Below, one piece after another: positions 54,999-63,374 of a stretch of DNA of 64,000 nt. Made by a program: the position numbers and the translations under genes. How positions within the stretch are numbered: the first letter of the stretch is position 1; every line of letters starts with the position of its first letter. Below the pieces are notes generated by a model, which was not told the DNA's origin, searched no databases, and saw only the letters and a program-made list of their open reading frames with translations. The stretch comes from a virus. The DNA is taken from positions 1 to 64,000 of IMG/VR virus record IMGVR_UViG_3300043540_000091, one strand, 5' to 3'.

Positions 54999-55265
54999 TC
55001 AGGATAATGAAGGATCTTCGGAGTCGTCGACTTCGAGGTCGCTCAAGCTCAACCCGAACTCTCGGGCCATCTCGTTCATGTGGCGGTTGGCTTCTGCAAG
55101 GTCAGCCTGGACTCTTGCGTCCCTCTCCATCAGTGCGGTGAAGATGGTCAGGACCTGCTCGAAGGAACCGATATGTATGTCACTCGACTTCTGCTGTGGC
55201 CGCATAGACTTGAGGTGCTCGACAAGCCGCTCTTCGATCTTCTTGAAGAATACCTTCGCCGTCAT
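54999..55265 (-). CDS. hypothetical protein
   Basis: GGAGG RBS, ATGA overlap. Confidence 0.6.
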   Translation of the reverse strand: MTAKVFFKKIEERLVEHLKSMRPQQKSSDIHIGSFEQVLTIFTALMERDARVQADLAEANRHMNEMAREFGLSLSDLEVDDSEDPSLS

Positions 55266-55555
55266 ACATCATCCTCCAGCATAATTTCCCGCGAATCATC
55301 GTTGATCTTTTCCAGACTCAGAGTGATGGCTTCCACGCAGTTTCCGCCGCTGTTCCGAGGGGTAACCCACAATGCTTGGCCGGTACCGATCGCGATCGAT
55401 TCGGCATATCCACGCGAGGCTATGAAGCACTTCCACACTGGACCTTCGATGACGACGAATCCACCGACAAGCTCTCCGCGCTGGTTTAGGATCGGGAACG
55501 ATTCGTTGGCCGGAGACCAATACCCATTGAAGAACGTGGTGAACGAACGTGTCAT
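55262..55555 (-). CDS. hypothetical protein
   Basis: start reassigned to MTRSFTTFF at the ATGA overlap. Confidence 0.55.
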   Translation of the reverse strand: MTRSFTTFFNGYWSPANESFPILNQRGELVGGFVVIEGPVWKCFIASRGYAESIAIGTGQALWVTPRNSGGNCVEAITLSLEKINDDSREIMLEDDV

Positions 55556-55788
55556 AAGTCCTTCTTCTCCTCTTCGATGATCCTCTCCTCTACCACTTCC
55601 ATTCCATGCTCGCAAACCCAAAGACCAGCGAGGTTCATCGCCAGCGCGATCAGCATCTTCGTCATGTCGGCCTGAAGATTGTGCAGTATCATGAGCGAGA
55701 TGCAGCAAGCAAAGATCGAGATCCGCGCGACAACGCGCGACACCTTGAACCAGGCTCGAGTGAACTTCAAGTAGCTAAGGAGCTTCAT
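55552..55788 (-). CDS. small two-TM membrane protein
   Basis: GGAGG RBS; two hydrophobic segments. Confidence 0.55.
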   Translation of the reverse strand: MKLLSYLKFTRAWFKVSRVVARISIFACCISLMILHNLQADMTKMLIALAMNLAGLWVCEHGMEVVEERIIEEEKKDL

Positions 55789-56296
55789 ATTTCCTCCGGA
55801 AACGAGCATCGAGTTCCTGCCGCTTCAGTCTTATCTGTTTCTCTGTCGGCATTTTCCCAGTCATCCAGATGCGCTTGTAAACCCAAAGGTCAAGCTTCTT
55901 GCGCGACTTGAACTTCCAGATCGGTATCGTGAGCTGCAGCTCTCTGAAGATGCGTTCCTGGTACTTCGCGTCGGACTTCTCCATCTCATAGATGAGACGG
56001 TTGTGTTCCTTGGTAGCTTCCCCGTTTGCGTCAGCTTCAAGGGCGCGGTCGATATGTATCGGAGTCTTCTTGTCTGCCGCGATCCAGGCCATGTGATGGG
56101 CAAACTCGTGAACAAGATCCAGGATGATGCCAGTCTTTGACCTCTGAGCCCAGAGGTAGACGGTGATCTCGCTTCCGTCCGTAGACCACTCGGCGGCTGT
56201 TACCTGTCCGCGTTCGTACTTCTTCCACAGGATCTTGATACCAAGGCCAGCGGCGTACTTCTCCAGGCGGTCAATTTCTTTGTCGCGGATTCTCAT
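55775..56296 (-). CDS. HExxH metallopeptidase-like protein (ImmA/IrrE-like)
   Basis: LVHEFAH...EMEKSDA. Confidence 0.65.
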   Translation of the reverse strand: MRIRDKEIDRLEKYAAGLGIKILWKKYERGQVTAAEWSTDGSEITVYLWAQRSKTGIILDLVHEFAHHMAWIAADKKTPIHIDRALEADANGEATKEHNRLIYEMEKSDAKYQERIFRELQLTIPIWKFKSRKKLDLWVYKRIWMTGKMPTEKQIRLKRQELDARFRRKYEAP

Positions 56297-56312
56297 GAAA
56301 CAATAATAGCAC

Positions 56313-56340
56313 AAAAGCCCACCTTTTACAGTGGGCCTTT
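56313..56340 (-). terminator. intrinsic terminator
   Basis: GCCCAC/GTGGGC stem with T-run. Confidence 0.65.
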
Positions 56341-56348
56341 GGTCTAGT

Positions 56349-56618
56349 CTAGTTACCTTTCGGAGCTTCGATCTGGACCGAGGTCGGTGCCGTCCAGCCA
56401 GGAGCTTCCTTGGCGACGTGGGAGAGCCAGATCTTCCCTGACATCACTTCCGTGGCCAGCTGCATCGCAGCAACGAGTCCCATCTGATTTCCAGGGTAGG
56501 GGTTGGTCTCAACCAACCCGCCCTTCTGCATCGAGATATAGACTCGGTACCCAACCGCAGGATCTAAGACCACTTGAACCAGCTCGTGGTTCACGATCGT
56601 CTTGTTCTTGGTTTTCAT
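56349..56618 (-). CDS. hypothetical protein
   Basis: GGAGG RBS, ATGA overlap. Confidence 0.65.
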   Translation of the reverse strand: MKTKNKTIVNHELVQVVLDPAVGYRVYISMQKGGLVETNPYPGNQMGLVAAMQLATEVMSGKIWLSHVAKEAPGWTAPTSVQIEAPKGN

Positions 56619-57580
56619 TGTGCACCTCCAGCAGCCATCGTAGTGGCAACGCTCATCGCGCGAGCGTTGATGTCCTTTGACTGACCGAACCAGAGGCTGT
56701 CGAAGCGCTTGTCAGCATTGTCCTTCGCCTCGTAGCTGAGGTACTGGGTTACTCCGTTGTAGAGTCCCCACATCGTACCGCCAACACCTTTGATGTCAGC
56801 TCCGAATCCAGTCTCGAACAACCGGCGGATATCCTCAGTAATCGCATGCAAGCGAGTCTGTTGACGCTCGGTGATCTCCTGCTCGGTGACGTTCGGGTAG
56901 AACACCAGGTGAACGTATTTCTTGAGATCGGCTTCCTTGACTCCCATGCGAACCATCGCCTTGAAGCGCTCACCGGAAGCTTCAAACTGCTGATTCGCAG
57001 TGTTTACCATCTCTTGGATGTTCTCGAGAGCCAGCTCGATCTTCTTGGTGTGGCGTACGCGTAGCAACGCACTGTCCGTCGCGCCGATCGCTGCAGCGAG
57101 AGTGTTCGCGCATACGACGCGGATCGGAGTGAAGCCAACCTGAGCGGAGGCCATACCGTCGTGACGGTTCGTGAGGAGGATGTACTTGCGAACCTCGTCG
57201 CCCTTGACGATCGTCATCGGATCGCGGTTGAGCTGAGCGAGAACCCAGATCTTCCTGCCGTTGTCCAACGAACCAGCGGTCTCGAGGGAGACTTCACCAG
57301 ACTGAATGAAGGGCTCGAAGAACTCAAACGCTTTGGCGTTCTGAAGAGGATGATACTTGCTTCCGACTTCTCCCAGGATGGAGTTGTCGGTTTCACGAAC
57401 AACAACTTGTCCTTGGAGCTTGCGGCCATCGGCCATAAAAGTGGGCTCCATGCGAACGGTCCAGTTGAGACCTGCTTGGACGATTCCTTCTGCGATTGAC
57501 GGTGCATCCTGAACGATCTTGCCCAGCTGATGCCAGGGAACTTCTTTGACGCTGAACATGTTTTCAACTTCGTGTGCCAT
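56615..57580 (-). CDS. DUF932-family phage/plasmid protein
   Basis: MAHEVE...PWHQLG...ETAGSL..GRKIW...NRHDG...TPIRVVCANTL...WGLYNGVT. Confidence 0.9.
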   Translation of the reverse strand: MAHEVENMFSVKEVPWHQLGKIVQDAPSIAEGIVQAGLNWTVRMEPTFMADGRKLQGQVVVRETDNSILGEVGSKYHPLQNAKAFEFFEPFIQSGEVSLETAGSLDNGRKIWVLAQLNRDPMTIVKGDEVRKYILLTNRHDGMASAQVGFTPIRVVCANTLAAAIGATDSALLRVRHTKKIELALENIQEMVNTANQQFEASGERFKAMVRMGVKEADLKKYVHLVFYPNVTEQEITERQQTRLHAITEDIRRLFETGFGADIKGVGGTMWGLYNGVTQYLSYEAKDNADKRFDSLWFGQSKDINARAMSVATTMAAGGAQ

Positions 57581-57614
57581 TTTTGACTCCTTGAGAGTAG
57601 TTGGTTACAGACTC

Positions 57615-57643
57615 AGTGTAACCCGACCTCAGTCCAGAGTCAA
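57615..57643 (-). promoter_or_regulatory. sigma70-like early promoter
   Basis: TTGACT-17 nt-TACACT. Confidence 0.7.
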
Positions 57644-57710
57644 AAATCTTTTATGAGATTCTCGTATTACGAATCATGATATGTAATAAACCAATCTTAT
57701 CACATACTTA

Positions 57711-58289
57711 TCACATACTTAGCATCTTCTCCGCGCATCTCACCATGAGATGTGTATCACCTTTGGCCGTGTGCAGGTCTTTAGGATCGGCGTGGACTCC
57801 CAGGAAGTTGGCCAGCGTCTCGAGCTTGAAGCGGGTATTCCACGGGAGCTTGCCGGTCACCTTACGCTCGCGAGCCATGCATGACGTATCAAGAACTCCG
57901 CCGTAGTCTGTGAATCGGTTGAAGATGTCGGGCCTCAGGATGTTGTTCACGACGAAGCTCCTGTCAAAGGCCTCGTTGTGTCCCATCCGCACGAGTCTGT
58001 TAGATCCGTTGCCGGATTCCTCCTTGAGGAAGTTGAAGAGTTCTATCGCGGCATCGTCGAGGCTTCTTGCAACGGCGTCGTGCTTGACGAGATCGATGCG
58101 ATTCACCTTCATGGCCTCAGCCGTCACGACGTATACGCCATCATGAGGCTTTAGCTTCAGGTCGATCTCGTTCAGCAACTTGAACTTGCCGTTCTCGAGA
58201 GAGAACGTGGCGGCATAGTAGGTCAGCAGCATGTGCTTACTCGGATCTGTGCCGCCGGTCTCGCAATCATGCGCGTAGAACTTGTCCAC
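57711..58289 (-). CDS. DEDDh 3'-5' exonuclease (DnaQ-like)
   Basis: DCETGG, GHNEAFD, LDT, HTAKGD motifs. Confidence 0.9.
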   Translation of the reverse strand: MDKFYAHDCETGGTDPSKHMLLTYYAATFSLENGKFKLLNEIDLKLKPHDGVYVVTAEAMKVNRIDLVKHDAVARSLDDAAIELFNFLKEESGNGSNRLVRMGHNEAFDRSFVVNNILRPDIFNRFTDYGGVLDTSCMARERKVTGKLPWNTRFKLETLANFLGVHADPKDLHTAKGDTHLMVRCAEKMLSM

Positions 58290-59477
58290 CTACTCCTCGT
58301 TTCTGATGCGAAGTCCAACAGGGAAGCGAGGTACGCCGTTAGCGCCGGTGAGTCCTTGGAACTGCACTGTCAACAGTTTGTTCTTCCATAGAGACTCATC
58401 CTCGAACAGCTTGCGAAGATTGTCGAGCGAGCCCGACATCTTAGCCTTGAACTCATGACCTTCCTTGGTGCGGCACAGTAAGGCACCTACGTGCCCTTGG
58501 AGCTTGCCGCGACCTTCTTCGATGCCGGTGATCTGGAACTCAGCATCCTCGAACTCCTTCATCTTCTGGAGGTCGTACGAACGCTTATTCTGCGCGTACA
58601 GGCCAGCGCCGTTGCGCAGCATGACGCCCTCGTATCCTGCGGCGCGGAGCTGCGTGAACAGTACTGTGACTTCGGTCTCGTCGTTCGCCAACTGCGTGGC
58701 TACTGGGACGATCACGTTGAAGTCAACCTGCGACAAGGAAGAGAACAGCTCATCGTTACGATCGGCGAACGGTTTGTCAGTAACCATGTCGTAGACGTGA
58801 TACTGAACATTCTCATGACCAGGAGCGGGAACTTCCTGTCTAATCAAGGACGCAAGCTCCTCGAAGTTGTTGTGATAGCTGTGATTGTACAGCTCGCCAT
58901 CCAGGATGATGTCCGTGAAGTTGGCTTCCAGCTCCACGATGATGTGGGGTACGGAAGTGATGGGCTTGCGAGTGCGAGACCACAGAGTGGCCTTGCCGTT
59001 CTTCACGATGGCGATGCAGCGATGGCCGTCAAGCTTCGGCTGAACGTAGCAGGGCCAAGCGATCTTCTTCGCGTGCTTGGAGAACGACTGGGCCAGCATC
59101 GGGAACAGTCCACCGGCCACGAAGTCAGAGTCAACTTCCTGTGCGCGAGCGGCCTCTTCCGACTCGACGTACCCTTCCTTCTTCTGCTTCTCCCACTTGG
59201 ACTTAGCTTCCTTGACGGCCTGTTCGAAGGCGGTCGTCGCGTTGCGTTTGCCGAGGTTCTTGCCTTCAAGAACGGTGTCGGAAGTGCGCTGAGGGCTCGT
59301 GGTTCCAACCTGTCCGTACATGGTGACGATCTCGCCGACCTTGTTGCCGTTCGGATACGTCTTCTCTTGAACGAAGATGTCCCAGTACTGGATCGCGCCA
59401 GTGTTGGTCTTCTTGAAGAGTCGAGAGAACTTGTTGACGTTCAATCGCTCGCTGAATGTGCTTTGTACCATGTTCAT
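58290..59477 (-). CDS. ATP-dependent DNA ligase
   Basis: QPKLDGHRC, LDGELY, YEGVMLR, KRSYDLQKMK, PRFP motifs. Confidence 0.95.
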   Translation of the reverse strand: MNMVQSTFSERLNVNKFSRLFKKTNTGAIQYWDIFVQEKTYPNGNKVGEIVTMYGQVGTTSPQRTSDTVLEGKNLGKRNATTAFEQAVKEAKSKWEKQKKEGYVESEEAARAQEVDSDFVAGGLFPMLAQSFSKHAKKIAWPCYVQPKLDGHRCIAIVKNGKATLWSRTRKPITSVPHIIVELEANFTDIILDGELYNHSYHNNFEELASLIRQEVPAPGHENVQYHVYDMVTDKPFADRNDELFSSLSQVDFNVIVPVATQLANDETEVTVLFTQLRAAGYEGVMLRNGAGLYAQNKRSYDLQKMKEFEDAEFQITGIEEGRGKLQGHVGALLCRTKEGHEFKAKMSGSLDNLRKLFEDESLWKNKLLTVQFQGLTGANGVPRFPVGLRIRNEE

Positions 59478-59905
59478 TACTGCTTCTCCTTCGTGGCGTA
59501 CACCTTTTCGTATGACTCGTCGATCTCGCTCTCGATCTGGTCAAGGTCGTCTCTTCCAAGACCTCTGATGGACGTCACGGTGTATGCGACCGCGAAGAGG
59601 CACTTCTTGTCGTCCGGTTTACAGAAGCCCTTGCCCTGCAGCTCGTTCGGAAGTGTTTCTTCCAGAATCTGAAGGCATACCATGCCGCGAGTCATCGCGA
59701 GAGCTTGTCCCATCTGCTGGTCCTTTACGCCTGCAGCCGTGCAGCCGCTGGCCATCGTAGTGACGATCAGCGCGTGCTGAGCTTCCTTCACCGCGATCTT
59801 CTCGACCAAGGTAGGCGGACGATTGACGTACGCCACGACTCCCAGAATAACCACCGCCAAAGCGGTCACGGCCAACATCATGGCGTATTTCAAGATCTTA
59901 TTCAC
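59477..59905 (-). CDS. membrane-anchored hypothetical protein
   Basis: N-terminal TM helix, paired Cys. Confidence 0.65.
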   Translation of the reverse strand: MNKILKYAMMLAVTALAVVILGVVAYVNRPPTLVEKIAVKEAQHALIVTTMASGCTAAGVKDQQMGQALAMTRGMVCLQILEETLPNELQGKGFCKPDDKKCLFAVAYTVTSIRGLGRDDLDQIESEIDESYEKVYATKEKQ

Positions 59906-59942
59906 CTATTCCTCCAAGGTTACATGTATCATACCCAAAATT

Positions 59943-60287
59943 CTACGATCGACGCAAGAGACCTGCATCGTTCGGATTCGCACCGCGAAGCGCTGTGGAT
60001 GAACCCTCTTCCTTCAAGATCCCCATCCGGCGCAGAGTCTGACGCTCGAACTGCGTGTGCCTGCCGATGTAGTTTACCTTGCGCTCAAGTCTCTGTAGGG
60101 TGTCGTTCAGTTCGTTCACTCGAACCAAGGTCGCATGCTGCGTGTCAGATCCGAAGAACTGACGAATGCGAGGGAGAAGCGTCGCGCGGTTCCGGTAGAT
60201 GTAGACGGCTGCGGCCATCTCACCGACGATGAATGCGCCTACCAAGATACCACCTAAGAGAGCGAGTGCGTTGAGTAACATTTCCAT
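59943..60287 (-). CDS. membrane-anchored coiled-coil hypothetical protein
   Basis: GGAGG RBS, N-terminal TM. Confidence 0.65.
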   Translation of the reverse strand: MEMLLNALALLGGILVGAFIVGEMAAAVYIYRNRATLLPRIRQFFGSDTQHATLVRVNELNDTLQRLERKVNYIGRHTQFERQTLRRMGILKEEGSSTALRGANPNDAGLLRRS

Positions 60288-60307
60288 ATGGACCTCCGTT
60301 TCATACC

Positions 60308-60336
60308 AATATACTGGACCGAGATCCGTTAGTCAA
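60308..60336 (-). promoter_or_regulatory. sigma70-like promoter
   Basis: TTGACT-17 nt-TATATT. Confidence 0.65.
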
Positions 60337-60580
60337 CTGAAGATTGCTTTGTCCCAGAACGAGACACAGCCTGCTCGAATATGTCGAAGAATAGCTCATG
60401 GTCAAACACCACGAACATCAGAATGTCAATGACCTGTTCCTTGGTCAGAGTTTGAAGGGCCTGCTCTGCAGCCAGTTCCAGCCCTGACTTCATGGCCTCG
60501 ACCGAAGCAGATCGGTCCGCGCGGCTGGTCAGGTTCAAGATCTCTTCCGTGAATCTTACGACCGCGTCTTCTCTACTCAT
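60329..60580 (-). CDS. hypothetical protein
   Basis: 83 aa, ATGA overlap. Confidence 0.6.
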   Translation of the reverse strand: MSREDAVVRFTEEILNLTSRADRSASVEAMKSGLELAAEQALQTLTKEQVIDILMFVVFDHELFFDIFEQAVSRSGTKQSSVD

Positions 60581-61185
60581 CTGGCCGCCATGTTGTAGCG
60601 CTTGCCAGAGTAGATCTCGTAGAGCGACTCGTTCTCGATGTCCTTGTTGGTGATGCCGAACTCATCGTACATCCACTTCTTCCAGCGGCCAAGGATCTTG
60701 AGAGAGTCCGCAACGGGAGCCTCGTGGACCTCGACCTCGAGGAAGTCGCGCGTGGGCGCTCCGTCGACCGTCACGCGATACCAGACCACGTCGACGATAT
60801 ACCTGCCTTCCTGGATGAAGTATATGTCGCAGTCCTTGTGAATCGGTAGGATCTTGGTTATACCAAGCTCTCGCATGAAGTCCTGGACCTGGATCGGAGA
60901 CGTTTCCTTGGCGAGCTTGAGGTTGATCTCGCGGCGGCGCGTGGTGGACTTCTTGGACAGGCGAGCCTTGATGGTCAGCTCGTTGGTCGTAGATCCGTGG
61001 CGATGGCGCGGGACGCCGCGATTCGATTTGTAGTAGTAGTCGAAGCCAGCCACGGTCAGCTTGCGGAACTTCTTGCCTCGAACGTACTTGCGGATCGCCT
61101 TGTTGAAGTCAGAACGCTCGACCGGCTTGTCCAGCTCGGTCGAGTAGCCGCTCCACTTGATCTCGATCTCTTCGTTCTTGGCCAC
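60577..61185 (-). CDS. CYTH-domain protein (triphosphate tunnel metalloenzyme / class IV adenylate cyclase-like)
   Basis: EIEIK N-terminal motif, DYYY, R-H-R, LTIK, RREI, FLEVEV, SLYE. Confidence 0.85.
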   Translation of the reverse strand: MAKNEEIEIKWSGYSTELDKPVERSDFNKAIRKYVRGKKFRKLTVAGFDYYYKSNRGVPRHRHGSTTNELTIKARLSKKSTTRRREINLKLAKETSPIQVQDFMRELGITKILPIHKDCDIYFIQEGRYIVDVVWYRVTVDGAPTRDFLEVEVHEAPVADSLKILGRWKKWMYDEFGITNKDIENESLYEIYSGKRYNMAAR

Positions 61186-61499
61186 TATCCAGCCTTGTCC
61201 GGTACGGGCATCGCGAGGAACGCGTTGATGACCTCAGGAGTGCTGTTGCGTAGCTCGCGGACCGTGCGGCGAAGCACGTTCATGGCCTGCAGCATCTCGA
61301 CGTCGAAGAGCTTGGGTTCCATCTTGCCGGTGTCAGGGTTCTTCTCCATGATCACGCCGCCCTTGCCGTCCTTTTTCATGAACTTCTTGAAGACTCCGGT
61401 GCCGGTGAAGGTGATCTCATCCTTCACGCCCATCTCCGTCAGCTTCTTGGTGAGGAGTCTCGAGATTCGCTTCTGTTCCTTCTTCGATAAGTACGACAT
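61185..61499 (-). CDS. hypothetical protein
   Basis: AGGAGG RBS before MSYLSKKEQ. Confidence 0.65.
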   Translation of the reverse strand: MSYLSKKEQKRISRLLTKKLTEMGVKDEITFTGTGVFKKFMKKDGKGGVIMEKNPDTGKMEPKLFDVEMLQAMNVLRRTVRELRNSTPEVINAFLAMPVPDKAG

Positions 61500-61552
61500 G
61501 GTACCTCCTGTCTCGGTATTATACGCCAAAACGACTTTCTTGCAAGTAGGTG

Positions 61553-61581
61553 TTGACACTGGACCAAGGTCGTGAGAAGAT
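61553..61581 (+). promoter_or_regulatory. sigma70-like promoter
   Basis: TTGACA-17 nt-GAAGAT with TG extension; weak -10. Confidence 0.5.
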
Positions 61582-61600
61582 GGCCTGACTGGAGGTTCAT

Positions 61601-61921
61601 ATGAAGTTTGGAGAAGCACTTGACATGGCGATGCAGATCGTGGACGACGTCTTGAATACTCCTGGCTACGGCCAGCAGCGTCTAGCGATGACGCTCGAGA
61701 ACAAGCCCATCATCGACGAGCTTGTCGCCGCCGCTGAGAGCAATCCGTTCCTGGAATGGTTTGCAATGGGAACTGTGGATACGACGAACGGATACTTCGT
61801 GATCCGCGCCAAGTACATGAGCGTCAACGACTTTCACTTCCCGTCAGATCCTGATCCGGTGCCGGATAACGTGATCCACGTTGACTTCCGCGCACGCCGC
61901 CGCGTGAAGAGAGCCGCCTAG
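61601..61921 (+). CDS. hypothetical protein
   Basis: GGAGG RBS; ends NVIHVDFRARRRVKRAA. Confidence 0.7.
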   Translation: MKFGEALDMAMQIVDDVLNTPGYGQQRLAMTLENKPIIDELVAAAESNPFLEWFAMGTVDTTNGYFVIRAKYMSVNDFHFPSDPDPVPDNVIHVDFRARRRVKRAA

Positions 61922-61953
61922 AAAAGCGAAAGGCCCAGTTTCCTGAGCCTTTC
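61921..61953. terminator. intrinsic terminator after major capsid gene
   Basis: GAAAGGC...GCCTTTC hairpin between convergent genes. Confidence 0.7.
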
Positions 61954-61981
61954 ATCAAGATCCTTACTTTTAATCGACGAC

Positions 61982-63373
61982 TTAGAACAAGTTGTCGACG
62001 ATGACGTTCTTGCGGGGTTGGTAACCGGCAAGAGTCCGGAAGCAGAAGTGAGCTTCCGGAACGCTGAGATCCGAGATAGCCAGCTTCATGCGGCTGTACG
62101 GAGCCAGTTCGTGGAATCCCCAGCAATCCTTCTGGATGAGGTATCCAGTCACGAAGGCCGGAGCCTTGTTGCCGAGGTCAGTGAACACAACCGAGGCAGC
62201 GCCGTTCGCAGCCATGCGACCGATGTACTTGGCGTTGGTAGCCGAGATACCGCGATACACGTTGTAGTGAGTAGCACCGGCCACGCCAGCGATCGTCAAG
62301 GAGACGTGCTGACCGGAGGTCACAGCCACGCCAGCCGAAGCGACTGCCACGCCTTCCGAGCGTTCGTTCTCAGCCGTCACCAGGTACACATAGGTACCGG
62401 CGGGGATCAAGGCACCAGTGCCGGACGCTGCGCCAGTGGCGGAAGCGGGAGCGGCGGGAGCGCCGATGATCGGGCGGAGAGGAGCGGTCTTACCAGAGAG
62501 GAAGCGGCTGTCTTCGATGCCGACAGTGCCGTTCGATACCCATTGGCGGCGGAGGTCCGCGCCGGAGGCATCTTGAGCCGAACCTGCCAACACGATGCGC
62601 TGGATGCTGTTAGCACCAGAACCGAGGGCGAAGGCTTTGTTGTAACCCGACAAGATCGTCGGATCAACGAACAAGGTCTCAGCCTTACCCATGTTCATGC
62701 GGCTACGGAGAGCGGCATCTTCGATGATGGGCTGGTCAAGGGCACCGTTCTTCGACAGAACAACCGACTGATTGCTGCCGTACGAAGCGAACATGAGGTC
62801 CTGAGTCGACACCAAGATGTCCGACATACGGACTTGAGCGTCAACGCCGAGGATGTTCGGCAACTCGGGCATGGTCGCGGGGTTACCGTCGAACACACCG
62901 TTGTTCGAGAAGTCGGCCTTACCTTTGAAGGAGTCGAACTCGATGTCCGCGCTCAACTTGATCGCGGCGTTATCGGCCTCACGATCTTCAGCCTTTTTGC
63001 CGTCGATGGTCTCAACCATGTTGGCGGCCACAGTCACGCGTTCAACGCAGCTGTAGAAGCACATGGGGACCGTCGCACGGATATAGTCGCCGACGTTCAG
63101 ATCGCCAACCGCGCCTTCGCGCTGAGCCGATCCGCCGAAGCGTCCATAAGACAGCTGACGGTTGAACTGAACCAGGAGGGACTTCGCCTTCTTGACGCCA
63201 AACAGCTTCTGCAGCTTGATGTGGCTGTCGTCGAAGGTGACGTTCTGCATCACCGGCTCGAGGTTCTCGATCTGCAATGCAGATCCTTGGACCAACTGCG
63301 AGGGAGCTACGTTGTAGTTGCCAGCCTCGAGTGTTTTCACCAGACTCTCAAGAGTCTTGACGAGATCGTTCAT
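61982..63373 (-). CDS. major capsid protein (Herelleviridae-like, with FN3-like insertion)
   Basis: LVKTLEAG...GSALQIENLE...FKG...Y.Y.VTAEN..SE...YNVYR...FTDLG; 463 aa. Confidence 0.9.
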   Translation of the reverse strand: MNDLVKTLESLVKTLEAGNYNVAPSQLVQGSALQIENLEPVMQNVTFDDSHIKLQKLFGVKKAKSLLVQFNRQLSYGRFGGSAQREGAVGDLNVGDYIRATVPMCFYSCVERVTVAANMVETIDGKKAEDREADNAAIKLSADIEFDSFKGKADFSNNGVFDGNPATMPELPNILGVDAQVRMSDILVSTQDLMFASYGSNQSVVLSKNGALDQPIIEDAALRSRMNMGKAETLFVDPTILSGYNKAFALGSGANSIQRIVLAGSAQDASGADLRRQWVSNGTVGIEDSRFLSGKTAPLRPIIGAPAAPASATGAASGTGALIPAGTYVYLVTAENERSEGVAVASAGVAVTSGQHVSLTIAGVAGATHYNVYRGISATNAKYIGRMAANGAASVVFTDLGNKAPAFVTGYLIQKDCWGFHELAPYSRMKLAISDLSVPEAHFCFRTLAGYQPRKNVIVDNLF

Positions 63374-63374
63374 T

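Noticed and set aside
58491-59672. 393-aa plus-strand ORF
   Set aside because: Antisense to the clear DNA ligase gene
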